Shown piece after piece: positions 19,773 through 29,784 of a stretch of 64,000 bases of DNA. Every line of letters starts with the position of its first letter. The stretch's first letter is position 1. The DNA is taken from positions 62,001 to 126,000 of the IMG/VR virus record IMGVR_UViG_3300020188_000808; one strand, given 5' to 3'. The position numbers were made by a program, and so were the translations under genes. The notes beneath the pieces were generated by a model that saw only the letters and a program-made list of their open reading frames with translations, had not been told where the DNA came from and did not search any database.

Positions 19773-22700
19773 TTATATTCCCCCCGGACCGTAGCCATTT
19801 TCGCCACCATCATAGAAGCCATCACTTCCTTCAAAGTCGTCTTGACTTTCAGTTAGCATCATTGTATCCATATTGCCGTTAAAGTATGCTTGTGCCATCA
19901 TCATACCACTTGGTATCTTAGTAAAGTGCATAGGTACCGGAATATTAATAGCTAATCCACCTGTATTTGATATGTGATTTAAATCACTAAATTTACAAGT
20001 ACCTGCTGTAACTGCGTTTGCCGCTACGTTTGAACCACCACCACTAATTCTACTCTGTAAATAAGCCGCAATAGCCTTCTGTGTTGGTACAATGTTATTA
20101 CTATTAGCAACAAATGTTTGTTCTTTTGAGAATTCTCTAATTACAGCATTTGTTCCACCTAATATAAACGCACCAAGTCTAAGTTCGTCTAGTCCTTCTA
20201 GGTTAAACTGTGAAGCATTAATAGTAACAATACCTGTACTTTGCTCAACTTTAAATAATTCGCCAACTCTAAAGTTACCATCTTGGTCTGTAGAAGCGTA
20301 GAATACTCTACCACCGTTGTACTCTTGAGCTTCATATGATTGCTCTGGTGGATTAATATTACCATACCCGTCTGTATATAACAATGGATATGCAGTATCT
20401 GCAAAGTTACCTGTACCAATGTCTAAGAAATCATGGAATGTTAATCGTACCTGACTATAGTTCTGTCTAATATTTGCCGGAGTAGCATGTTCTGGTGATT
20501 CTTGCACTCCCATATTAGGACTAATTGTAAGTTTTGCAACTGCATTAGGAGCCGCACCTGACAATATTGTAGCAGTACCAACTTTATAAATTACATCATT
20601 AATACCATCAACTCTAAAGTTATCACCCGGACTTGGAATTAGTGTTAAATCACTAACAATAATTTCTCCGCCAATTTGGAATAAATCTGCATAGCCGTCA
20701 CCGGTAATTGTTACTTGGTTAAATTTAGTATACAATGCACCTCTGTTTGTAAAGTTAGGTTGTCCTAACACTCTATTTTTAATTCTAACTTGATACGTTA
20801 CTTCTGTAGTTTTTTGTGTATCATGAATATGCAATGAGGGTGGTACCCCTACATTATAACCACTACCTGGATCAGTCATTGTAAATGATTCAATGCGTCC
20901 TGTTGTTACAGGGAACGCTCTCATTTTTGCTTTAGCACCATATTTAATTGCCGCTAAGTTTGCTGTTGCCGTTGCAGGACTAATCATAAATCTTGGTCCA
21001 CTTGTTAGTGTCATTGGACTAATCTTTGGTCTATAGTTTTGTGCATTTAATAAAGGTATAGCAGGTTTACTATTCCAAACATGACCACCATCACCGTATA
21101 AAATATCTCCTTGCACACTGATTGCCATAAACAATCCATCACTATATGCAAGACCAAATACTCGTGTTCCAATAAAGTTTGGATCTGAAACAATTAACCA
21201 TTCTGAGTTTAATGCTCCAGTGTCTTTGGCTGTAAAGCTAATGTAGAATGTACTGTTTAATCCAAACGAAGCACTAGTAGTACCTGCTACGGAATTAATC
21301 ATTGTAGTTGAAGGATCAAATACAAATGTAGCAGTTCCGTTTGGTTGACATGCCGCTACAAATCTTCCATTACCAAATGCAAACCCTGTTACGTTATATG
21401 TTGTTGGACAAACTCTAGTTGCAGTAGTCCAACTTTGGCCATCGTTAATACTTTCAATAGCGGTTCCGTCTTCTTTGACAATCATCCATTTACCATTTCC
21501 GTAAGCTAAGAATTTTTGTCCTGTTCCAAATCCTGTATTAGTATAAGTCCAAGCAGTTCCGTCTGTTGTAGTAATTGCAATTTCATCACTATCGTCTGCT
21601 ATTGCTATAACTGTGTGCGAAGTTGTTGAATATGATCCTTCAACTATACTTACATAGTTGTGTGCATTAATAGAGTATGCTGTTGAACCCCATGCTGTAC
21701 CAGCAGTTGACAAGTTAGCTTTGCTACCATTGCCTAGTGCAATAAAGTATTTTAATTTACCTTTACATTTGACAATACAATTTGGTCTTACAAAGTCAGC
21801 ATCAATGATCGCCGCTGTCCATTGATCGCCTGCTTCGTTACTGTAAATAGCTTTGTCATCTCCTGTTGAAGGAAATGCAACCATTGTTGTTCCTGTTGCT
21901 GAGAAACAATCCTGCCAAGCAGTTGCTCCGTATCCTGTAGCAAAACCTTCTTCTGCATATGGAGGAGCTTCAACTTCCATTCTTGATTCAATTCTATAAG
22001 TTGTTGATCCGTCTAGTGTTGTTGTAATTGGCCAACCTGGAACTAAATGGTCCCAACCACGTTTGCCATCTGACTCGCGTAGTACATTAATCTTTTTAGT
22101 TGTAGTAAAGTATTCGTCAATTATTCCAAACTGTCCAACGCCTTCACCTTCTTCAATGATAATCTTCATTGATTCGCTAATTGCGTTTACTTGAAAAGTT
22201 AAGTTTCCGCCGCCAAAATTACCAATGTCACTATCAAGTATAGTAATAGTGTCGCCAACTCTATGACTGTGGCCACCGTTTGTAATTGTAACAGTTGGAG
22301 TTCCTGTACCGTCAATAGTAATTGTAAACGTACCTACAGTATCTTTTGCAAACGGGTTATCTGATGTTGCAGTAACTCCTGTATATGTGTACGGAGCATC
22401 AAGAACGTTACCAACCCAACCTGGATTTGCACCCGGTAATCCTGTAATCGCTGTTATTGCTCTACCAACATAATATTCTGGTCCGTTGTTATCTGACTGT
22501 GCAATAGTAATTGAAATACTATCACCGCCTTGTGCAGAGTTTCTTATACCTGTAATATGTCCTCTACCACCTGGTGTACTTGAATCACCTGGATCAAGTA
22601 ATCTAACTTCACTAATTGCACCGTTTCTTACATCTGTTGATGTATTATCAACTCCAACACCACTACCTGAACCTGTAATTGCAAAGTTTGCATTAGTATA

Positions 22701-25097
22701 TTCTTCACCTGCGTGTGTAAATCCTAGTGCAAAAATTTGGTTAGCGTTACTGTAAACTGTTGGTGCTTTTGCATTATAATATCTGTTGTTAATAGTTGCT
22801 GTAATTGGAGTTTCACTTACTAATTCTCCTTCAGCAAACGATCCATATTTTCCGTATGAGTTGTTACCATTAGTAGCACGTAGCTTTCCACCTGCTGTAC
22901 AATAATAACCAATATGACAATAATATGTAAACACAGATACAAGCTCTGCTCTACCGTCTTTGTTAGCCCATACACCAATACCATCACTAATAACTTGTGT
23001 AAAGTCGTTAGCAACAATTGATTTGTTTCCGCTGTTGTGCAAAGCACCGTCAATTTTTAATCCAACACAAGCAGTACCAATAGTTGTTACGTTTTGTACA
23101 TATGTTGATTTAGATGTAATCCACACACTTGAGTCGCCTGGTCCTGAACCTGGATCAAGTGCAACAAATGCTCCACTTGCTGGAACTTGTGCTCCATAAG
23201 TATCTGGAGTTCCTAGTGTACCTGTTAGTCCTTCAAGAGTCATATTTCTAATTCCACAACCATTTCTAACTTGGAACATATCTTGACTTTCAGAACCTTC
23301 TTTTGGTCTAACTGTAGTACTTCTTAATTCGTCGCCAACAACAGCAACGCCTGCTGGAACTTTAATAGGAAGAACTTCTTCGTAAATCCCTGTGCTAACA
23401 AAAATTGTTGCTGGTGCTCTATTAGCTTGATCTGCTAAAATATATTGTGTGGCATATTTAATTGTTCTAAACGGACTTGTTGGTGCTAATCCAGCACCAG
23501 ACACATCATGGCCCGAAGTTGCAACATAGAATACTTTAGCTACTTGTCCTAATGCTTCCCATTGTGCGGAATCGTCAATAACTTTTATTGCATCTCCACT
23601 ATTACCAATAGCAAGTCTTTCGTGAGTAGTTCCGTTGTGTGTTCTAAGATCACCTCTGTATTCCATTACGTTGCCAGGAGCACCTTGAATATGTTTAACC
23701 CAGTAACTATTTGTAGAATCTAGTGCTGGTTCAACCAATGATGAATCGTCAGCTTCGTGTGCTTGAATACATTTCCAAGTAGTACCTGCTTGAACTACAA
23801 TATCACCTAATACATAATCAGCTGTTTCAATCCATTCACCTCTGTATGCTACTCCAGTTATTACTAACTGCCAATACATTGAAACACTACCGTTTAAACT
23901 TCTAGTCTCACCTGGATCGTAGTATCCTTCGCTTTCAGGATCTAATGCATCTGGTTTTTGGTTAAGACTGTCTTGTACAGCAATATAAACAAAGCCACCG
24001 TTTCTAACTACTTCACCTGTTTTGTATGCTGTTGAAGCTGACCATTCGCCCTTCATTGCATAACCGGTAATTACTAATTCCCAATCATATAATCCTTGTA
24101 AACTTTCACCTTCGTAGAAAACACCAGTTACACTTGGAGGACTACCTAAGTTGTTTGTCATTGATGTATAGGTATATCCACCATAACGTACAATGTCACC
24201 TGGTTGGTAACTTGTAGAATTACTCCACTCTGCTTCAAATCCTAATCCTGGTAACCAAAGATCAAATTTACTTTCGTCAAATGTTGCTAATGATGCATGA
24301 AATTCTTTACATCTCCACATTGATGGTCCGTATCTAACTAAATCACCAACTTTATATCTTGTTCCTGAAGAGTCGCCGTTGTCTTGCCAAAACCCTGTGT
24401 ACTCAATTCCGTGTAGTACAACGTCCCATTTAGTAAGATCGTCTTCTAATCCTAAAAGTGCAGTTTCTGCAGAGGTATGTCCTTCATTACATCTATAAAC
24501 AATAGCACCATATTTTACAACATCGTCATCTTTGTATCTTGTATTAGGAGCCCAGTCAATTCTATAATTATTACCTTGAAATACAGTTTCCCATTTGTCT
24601 TGGTCTTGTTCAAGTCCAGCAATAGTAGAACTAGAAGTATGTTCTTGAATAGCTTTGTAAACAATTCCACCGTAACGTACAACGTCACCAATTCTATATC
24701 TTGTTAATGCTGACCATTGTGCGGACCAATTAGGCGTTGATGCATATGCTAAAAGTTTATCAACATCATCTGTAATACCATCTGTAGCACTACTTCCTGA
24801 AACGTGTTCGTCAGTTACACGATAAATTACACCATTATATTTGACTAAATCGTTAATTCTATATCTAGTTTCAATTTGCCAATTGCCTCTCCATTGGCGA
24901 CCGTCTGCCATCAGCAACCATTTAGGTGTTGCCGCAGTTAAATCTGTTTCAAAACTAGTTTGATCTGATAAGTGACCAACCATACAAACATAAACGTTAC
25001 CGCCATGTCTAATAATATCATCTTTGATATATGTTGCGCCTGCAAGCCAAACGTTTTTCCAAGTATATCTTATTCGTGCTAGATTAAATTCAGCCAT
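19773..25097 (-). CDS. Giant tail-fibre/virion structural protein, paralog of 13609..19731
   Basis: 1774 aa. Collinear N-terminus (MAEFNLARIRYTWK), repeats and C-terminal GGRVFYASTDQDGNFRVG. Confidence 0.8.
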   Translation of the reverse strand: MAEFNLARIRYTWKNVWLAGATYIKDDIIRHGGNVYVCMVGHLSDQTSFETDLTAATPKWLLMADGRQWRGNWQIETRYRINDLVKYNGVIYRVTDEHVSGSSATDGITDDVDKLLAYASTPNWSAQWSALTRYRIGDVVRYGGIVYKAIQEHTSSSTIAGLEQDQDKWETVFQGNNYRIDWAPNTRYKDDDVVKYGAIVYRCNEGHTSAETALLGLEDDLTKWDVVLHGIEYTGFWQDNGDSSGTRYKVGDLVRYGPSMWRCKEFHASLATFDESKFDLWLPGLGFEAEWSNSTSYQPGDIVRYGGYTYTSMTNNLGSPPSVTGVFYEGESLQGLYDWELVITGYAMKGEWSASTAYKTGEVVRNGGFVYIAVQDSLNQKPDALDPESEGYYDPGETRSLNGSVSMYWQLVITGVAYRGEWIETADYVLGDIVVQAGTTWKCIQAHEADDSSLVEPALDSTNSYWVKHIQGAPGNVMEYRGDLRTHNGTTHERLAIGNSGDAIKVIDDSAQWEALGQVAKVFYVATSGHDVSGAGLAPTSPFRTIKYATQYILADQANRAPATIFVSTGIYEEVLPIKVPAGVAVVGDELRSTTVRPKEGSESQDMFQVRNGCGIRNMTLEGLTGTLGTPDTYGAQVPASGAFVALDPGSGPGDSSVWITSKSTYVQNVTTIGTACVGLKIDGALHNSGNKSIVANDFTQVISDGIGVWANKDGRAELVSVFTYYCHIGYYCTAGGKLRATNGNNSYGKYGSFAEGELVSETPITATINNRYYNAKAPTVYSNANQIFALGFTHAGEEYTNANFAITGSGSGVGVDNTSTDVRNGAISEVRLLDPGDSSTPGGRGHITGIRNSAQGGDSISITIAQSDNNGPEYYVGRAITAITGLPGANPGWVGNVLDAPYTYTGVTATSDNPFAKDTVGTFTITIDGTGTPTVTITNGGHSHRVGDTITILDSDIGNFGGGNLTFQVNAISESMKIIIEEGEGVGQFGIIDEYFTTTKKINVLRESDGKRGWDHLVPGWPITTTLDGSTTYRIESRMEVEAPPYAEEGFATGYGATAWQDCFSATGTTMVAFPSTGDDKAIYSNEAGDQWTAAIIDADFVRPNCIVKCKGKLKYFIALGNGSKANLSTAGTAWGSTAYSINAHNYVSIVEGSYSTTSHTVIAIADDSDEIAITTTDGTAWTYTNTGFGTGQKFLAYGNGKWMIVKEDGTAIESINDGQSWTTATRVCPTTYNVTGFAFGNGRFVAACQPNGTATFVFDPSTTMINSVAGTTSASFGLNSTFYISFTAKDTGALNSEWLIVSDPNFIGTRVFGLAYSDGLFMAISVQGDILYGDGGHVWNSKPAIPLLNAQNYRPKISPMTLTSGPRFMISPATATANLAAIKYGAKAKMRAFPVTTGRIESFTMTDPGSGYNVGVPPSLHIHDTQKTTEVTYQVRIKNRVLGQPNFTNRGALYTKFNQVTITGDGYADLFQIGGEIIVSDLTLIPSPGDNFRVDGINDVIYKVGTATILSGAAPNAVAKLTISPNMGVQESPEHATPANIRQNYSQVRLTFHDFLDIGTGNFADTAYPLLYTDGYGNINPPEQSYEAQEYNGGRVFYASTDQDGNFRVGELFKVEQSTGIVTINASQFNLEGLDELRLGAFILGGTNAVIREFSKEQTFVANSNNIVPTQKAIAAYLQSRISGGGSNVAANAVTAGTCKFSDLNHISNTGGLAINIPVPMHFTKIPSGMMMAQAYFNGNMDTMMLTESQDDFEGSDGFYDGGENGYGPGGI

Positions 25098-25495
25098 TAT
25101 CCTGAGTATCCTGTCGGGTTAGTTCCAAACGGTAAATGATCAGCTGATGCATTTTCATCGTATGTATATTTTGTATTAATTCTTAGGACTAATTCACCTT
25201 CTTCATTAACATAATAATAAATGTTTTTTTCGTCCCATCTCATTTGCTCATATACTAAGTTATCAAAAACTAGTACATGATTAGGATTTCTTCCTTCAAA
25301 GAAATCTTCGCCAGTTTGGAAGTCAGCAAAGTTACCGTCTGGTCCACCTGGTCTGTTCATTTGGATTGAATCTGATGGACTAGCAACGTCAACCTTAGCA
25401 ACAAACAATGCACCATCGTCATCTCTACGAAGTGCGTAAAAATATCTATCTCCTGTTTGTCCTTCTAAAGGTGCTTGACCTACATACTGTACCAT
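25097..25495 (-). CDS. Hypothetical virion-associated protein
   Basis: 132 aa. Overlapping stop/start coupling within the fibre operon. Confidence 0.6.
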   Translation of the reverse strand: MVQYVGQAPLEGQTGDRYFYALRRDDDGALFVAKVDVASPSDSIQMNRPGGPDGNFADFQTGEDFFEGRNPNHVLVFDNLVYEQMRWDEKNIYYYVNEEGELVLRINTKYTYDENASADHLPFGTNPTGYSG

Positions 25496-25824
25496 TATAC
25501 AATCTCCACGTAACTTAAAATTACATCAACAGCATCATCTTGATCTGCTGTTATTACAACTTCGTTATTTCCTGGCAGTACTAATTTTTCACCGCCGTTA
25601 ATTGCACGTAATGATGCGTTTGGTGCAATCATTACATCTTTAATATAATATCCTAATACACTAGTATCATCTTTTACTTGAATACTAATTCTAGTGTTAC
25701 CGTCTAGCAAGTTTGCAATACTCAGTCCAATAGCAGTAACTTTACTTGCCGGTGGAACTGTTAGTATTGTGATAGGTTGTGTTCCTACACTTTTTTCTAC
25801 TTTATTTTTAAAAAACGTTGCCAT
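25495..25824 (-). CDS. Small beta-sandwich virion protein
   Basis: 109 aa. ILTVPP...LSIAN motif. Confidence 0.6.
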   Translation of the reverse strand: MATFFKNKVEKSVGTQPITILTVPPASKVTAIGLSIANLLDGNTRISIQVKDDTSVLGYYIKDVMIAPNASLRAINGGEKLVLPGNNEVVITADQDDAVDVILSYVEIV

Positions 25825-25835
25825 AACTTATATCT

Positions 25836-27311
25836 TTATCCCATACTCAAAACTAATTCTAATGCAATATTTTGTGCGTCTGTTTGCGAAACTGATCCTG
25901 AACTACCTGCTACTGAATCCCACTGAGTGCCATCGTATATTTCTAAACGTCCATCAGTTGTATTCCATCTCATCATACCAATTACTGGACTAGGGTGTCT
26001 TTGTGATCCTGTTCCAACTGGTACAACAAATCCGTCTGTGCCTGCAATTTCAAAGTAGCCAGTTCCTGTGCTACTAAACGTTGTTACTGCATCTGTACTA
26101 GTGTTATTTATTGTACTTCCACTGATATTAATATTGTCTATTTGTACACCACCAGTGCCGTTTGGTGCTAAAATAAGGTCAGTATCAGGTGTTGTTGTAC
26201 TAATTGTTTGTCCGTCAATGCTAATACTATCAATTTGTAGTTTAGCAACATTAAATTCTGTTTGTGTAATACTAGCAATTTCTGTTCCACCAGCATAAAA
26301 ACGTATAGTATCGTCATTTGCTCCTGGAGTTAATTCAGCTGTAATATATGTATCTGCGTCTAAGTCATATACACCAGTTAACACTACCCAGTTACCATCG
26401 TAACCTTCAAACTTTGAAGTAGTTGTATTATAGCGTATCATACCTACAGCCGGTACGCTTGGTCTTTGTGCAGTTGTACCTGCTGGTATTCTAATAGATC
26501 CTGTGCCGTCAATGTCAACAACACCTGTTGATGGTGCAAGTGTGATATCATTTATTGAACTAATTCTGCTACCTTTAAGTACAAAATCGTCAATAATAAC
26601 ACTACCGTTACCAGCATATCTTAATTCTAAATCAGCATTTGAAACTGTGTTTTGAATAACACCAGTATCAATTTGTATATCATCTATGTATGCACTTGTA
26701 GCGTGTATACTGTTCCATGTTTCAGCTGTGGTTCCTAAATTGTATGTTGCTGTCTGTGATGGTAATAAATCACTTGTAATACCTGCAACAATATTAATAG
26801 TATCATTTTCGTCATCACCAATAGTAACATTACCGCCAATGGTAATATCACCTGTTGCTGAAACATTGCCTGTAACATCTAAATTACCTGTAACTAATGC
26901 ATCGCCTGTAACGTTTACTTTACCAGTTCCGTCTGGAATGATATCTATATCTGCGTTTGAAACTGTTGTGCTGATTACATTGGTGTCAAAGCGTAAATCA
27001 TCAACATCAAATGTTTTTAATGCTGTTACCTTGTCAGATCCAACTGTAGTAAGATTAAGTGTATTTGCAATAGTACTGATTGTATTGCCATTAATTCTAA
27101 CATCACCTACATATGCTGTACCTGATGAAATTAAATCTATTGATCTTGCTGTTCCGTTAATATCTAAATCGTATTGAGGAGATGCAGTCTTAATGCCGAC
27201 TCGACTGTTGTTAACATCCAAATAAAGTAAATCCGTTTCAAAAGCTAAGTCTACTCCATTACGAAGAAGATTTGACTTCAAAAGCGGACCAGTAATACGA
27301 CCTACAGCCAC
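25836..27311 (-). CDS. Tail-fibre-like protein (GTG start)
   Basis: 491 aa. IP.GTT.QRP....GMIRYNT modules. RBS AGGAG upstream. N-terminus paralogous to 27454..28905. Confidence 0.75.
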   Translation of the reverse strand: MAVGRITGPLLKSNLLRNGVDLAFETDLLYLDVNNSRVGIKTASPQYDLDINGTARSIDLISSGTAYVGDVRINGNTISTIANTLNLTTVGSDKVTALKTFDVDDLRFDTNVISTTVSNADIDIIPDGTGKVNVTGDALVTGNLDVTGNVSATGDITIGGNVTIGDDENDTINIVAGITSDLLPSQTATYNLGTTAETWNSIHATSAYIDDIQIDTGVIQNTVSNADLELRYAGNGSVIIDDFVLKGSRISSINDITLAPSTGVVDIDGTGSIRIPAGTTAQRPSVPAVGMIRYNTTTSKFEGYDGNWVVLTGVYDLDADTYITAELTPGANDDTIRFYAGGTEIASITQTEFNVAKLQIDSISIDGQTISTTTPDTDLILAPNGTGGVQIDNINISGSTINNTSTDAVTTFSSTGTGYFEIAGTDGFVVPVGTGSQRHPSPVIGMMRWNTTDGRLEIYDGTQWDSVAGSSGSVSQTDAQNIALELVLSMG

Positions 27312-27453
27312 CTTTTTCTCCTAATACGGGGATCCTGTCCCTCCAACCACCTTACTTTGCGGGTTGACCACAGTAATGTCCCACAGCACGGTGATCGGTA
27401 TCTCTCCTCTCACTGGTCTTGTACTATGTTATATGTATTTATCGATTTTGGAA

Positions 27454-28905
27454 TTAACCGAGTGCTAACGTATAGATAAACCCTAATTCTTCCATAAAGT
27501 CTGTAGTAATTGCATCACCTGCTCCTGACACGTTAGCCCATTGTGTTCCGTCCCAAGTTTCTAAATATGACAGTCCAGTATTGAATCGTGTGGTACCTAA
27601 TGCTTGTCCAGCAGGTCTAGCGGCTGTTGATCCATATGGTATTCTTAGTCCATATGTGTCATCAAACTCAATATATCCGTATATTCCTGTCTTACTAAGT
27701 ATTAAGTTGTTAGTTGGGTGTGTATTAGTAATAGTATTACCGGTTAGTTTAAAGTTTCCTGCAATAACACTACCTGTACCATTTGCTGTTAAGTTGATTG
27801 CATCATTAGTTCCTGCTGAACTAATTGTTCCATTGTCAATTGTAATGCTGTCTTGTGATACAAGTTTATGTGCAGTTAATCCATCAACGCCCATGTTAAC
27901 ATTTGTTACACCATTAGTATAAAAATCAAATCTATTACTGCTGTCTGCTAATACATAAGTTTGTCTATCTTCACTCCATATACCTTTTAGTGGAGTATAT
28001 GCATTTGAAAATAACTCAAAGAAATTAGTTGTTGTATTATATCTAACATCTCTATAAGTGTTTGGGCGTTCTGCCTCTGTACCATGAGGAACATTTAACG
28101 CTCCAGCGGCACTAATTCCAATACTTGTATCTGGATCAATTACTAAATCGCCCGATGTTGTTGAAAGAACGCCACCGGAAACTCTTATATTATCAATAAC
28201 AACTGCGCCTGTACCACTAGCACGAATAATCAAATTGTTACCTGAGCTTCTAGTTGTAATTACGCCTGTATCAATTTCAATATCGCCAAATACTGCTTTA
28301 CCAGCAGTAACATTGTTCCACATTTTAGTAGGACTACCTAAGTTTAATAAGTCCTCAGTTCTTCTAGGATTTATATCTTGACTAAAGTCTACACTACCAA
28401 AATTAAGGGTATCACTTGCTTCATCACCAAAGTTAAAAGTTCCACCTGTGCTAACATTGCCACTAATAGTAATATTGCCATTGGCATGCATATTACCTAG
28501 TTGTACAACACTTTTTAAAAAATGTGTGCGGCCTGAACCATTAGGGTCAAACGTAATATCGCTGTTTGACAAACTAGTAATTAGATTGTCGTTGAATCTT
28601 AAATTTTCAGTTCTAAGTTCTTCAGCACGAATGTTTGCTTGTGAGTCTAAATTAATATCACCTACAACTGCTCTAGCACCTAATGTATTAATTTCAATAT
28701 TGCCGCCAGTTATGCGTGTTGCATATGGATCAATAATTTTTATTTGTCCGTTAATTTGTAATAAATCTGTAGGGGAATCTGTTCTAACACCAATACGATT
28801 GTTACTAGAACCAATAGATAATAGGTCAGTTTCAAATTTAAGATCGGATTGTGTACGTACTAAGTTTGATGCTAGTAACGGACCGGATATTCTCGCAATG
28901 GCCAT
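27454..28905 (-). CDS. Tail-fibre-like protein
   Basis: 483 aa. VPHGTEAERP...RYNTT and IPYGSTAARP...RFNT modules. Confidence 0.75.
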   Translation of the reverse strand: MAIARISGPLLASNLVRTQSDLKFETDLLSIGSSNNRIGVRTDSPTDLLQINGQIKIIDPYATRITGGNIEINTLGARAVVGDINLDSQANIRAEELRTENLRFNDNLITSLSNSDITFDPNGSGRTHFLKSVVQLGNMHANGNITISGNVSTGGTFNFGDEASDTLNFGSVDFSQDINPRRTEDLLNLGSPTKMWNNVTAGKAVFGDIEIDTGVITTRSSGNNLIIRASGTGAVVIDNIRVSGGVLSTTSGDLVIDPDTSIGISAAGALNVPHGTEAERPNTYRDVRYNTTTNFFELFSNAYTPLKGIWSEDRQTYVLADSSNRFDFYTNGVTNVNMGVDGLTAHKLVSQDSITIDNGTISSAGTNDAINLTANGTGSVIAGNFKLTGNTITNTHPTNNLILSKTGIYGYIEFDDTYGLRIPYGSTAARPAGQALGTTRFNTGLSYLETWDGTQWANVSGAGDAITTDFMEELGFIYTLALG

Positions 28906-28934
28906 TATGCCCTCCTATACTATATTTATAGGAT

Positions 28935-29438
28935 TTACTTGTCGAAGTTGTGGAAGATTGTTACTGGTTTTCCTGTTGGTACTGGTGTGCCAAATACTAC
29001 ATACCATCCTGCGGCATAACCACTTGGATTTTGTTCTAATGTATAGTTAGTTGTAGGTATTTGTAAAACGTTTTCTACCATTACAAGAATGTTTTGTGCG
29101 GCCGCTGGCGCTGGATTATAACTGTCGCCGTTGTTTAGTGGACCAAATTTTGTTTCTACATCGTTGCCATTACCTGCGGATTGTACGACAATATTAGCTG
29201 GAGCAAATCTTCTTACAGGTGCCCAAGACCCTGCTTCATAATTTTCAAACACATTAGTTGTAGTGTTGTAACGCATCATTCCATTAGTTGGATTTAAAGG
29301 TTGTTGAGCTGTAGTACCAACTGGTATCATTACAGCATTGTTACTATCTAAAGTAACTAATCCGTTGATGTCTCTACGAATATCTTTATTACCGTAGATT
29401 CCTCTAGCATTTGTACTTTGTGCTTTTAAAAAACGCAT
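28935..29438 (-). CDS. Fibre-associated structural protein
   Basis: 167 aa. IPVGTTAQQP...GMMRYNTT module. Confidence 0.65.
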   Translation of the reverse strand: MRFLKAQSTNARGIYGNKDIRRDINGLVTLDSNNAVMIPVGTTAQQPLNPTNGMMRYNTTTNVFENYEAGSWAPVRRFAPANIVVQSAGNGNDVETKFGPLNNGDSYNPAPAAAQNILVMVENVLQIPTTNYTLEQNPSGYAAGWYVVFGTPVPTGKPVTIFHNFDK

Positions 29439-29439
29439 A

Positions 29440-29772
29440 TTAAACTTCCAAATAACTAACTGTTACACTTAAATTTAAAGGTGCTTGACTTAGTACAGTT
29501 ACTGAATCTCCTGCTGATAAAATAACTTTTTCACTATCAAATGTAAAAGTTTCTCCACCTGGTACAGGCATCTCTTTAACAACCATATTAGTATTACTCT
29601 TAGGTTGTGATTGCTGTACAAAATGTAAATCAAAAGAAGTATCATTAGTGCCTGCCGCATCATATGCCGCTGTATTACACACCATAATAGTTGTAATAGC
29701 ATATGATTTATTCGCTGGTACTGTTAGTACTACTGTGTCTGTTGCGCCTATTGTTGTTTGTGCTATTGCCAT
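29440..29772 (-). CDS. Small beta-sandwich virion protein
   Basis: 110 aa. VLTVPA...IMVCN motif. Confidence 0.6.
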   Translation of the reverse strand: MAIAQTTIGATDTVVLTVPANKSYAITTIMVCNTAAYDAAGTNDTSFDLHFVQQSQPKSNTNMVVKEMPVPGGETFTFDSEKVILSAGDSVTVLSQAPLNLSVTVSYLEV

Positions 29773-29784
29773 ATTGTTGCTTCC

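Noticed and set aside
9827-25097. Diversity-generating retroelement acting on fibre genes
   Set aside because: No reverse transcriptase and no near-identical template/variable repeat pair noticed in this window.
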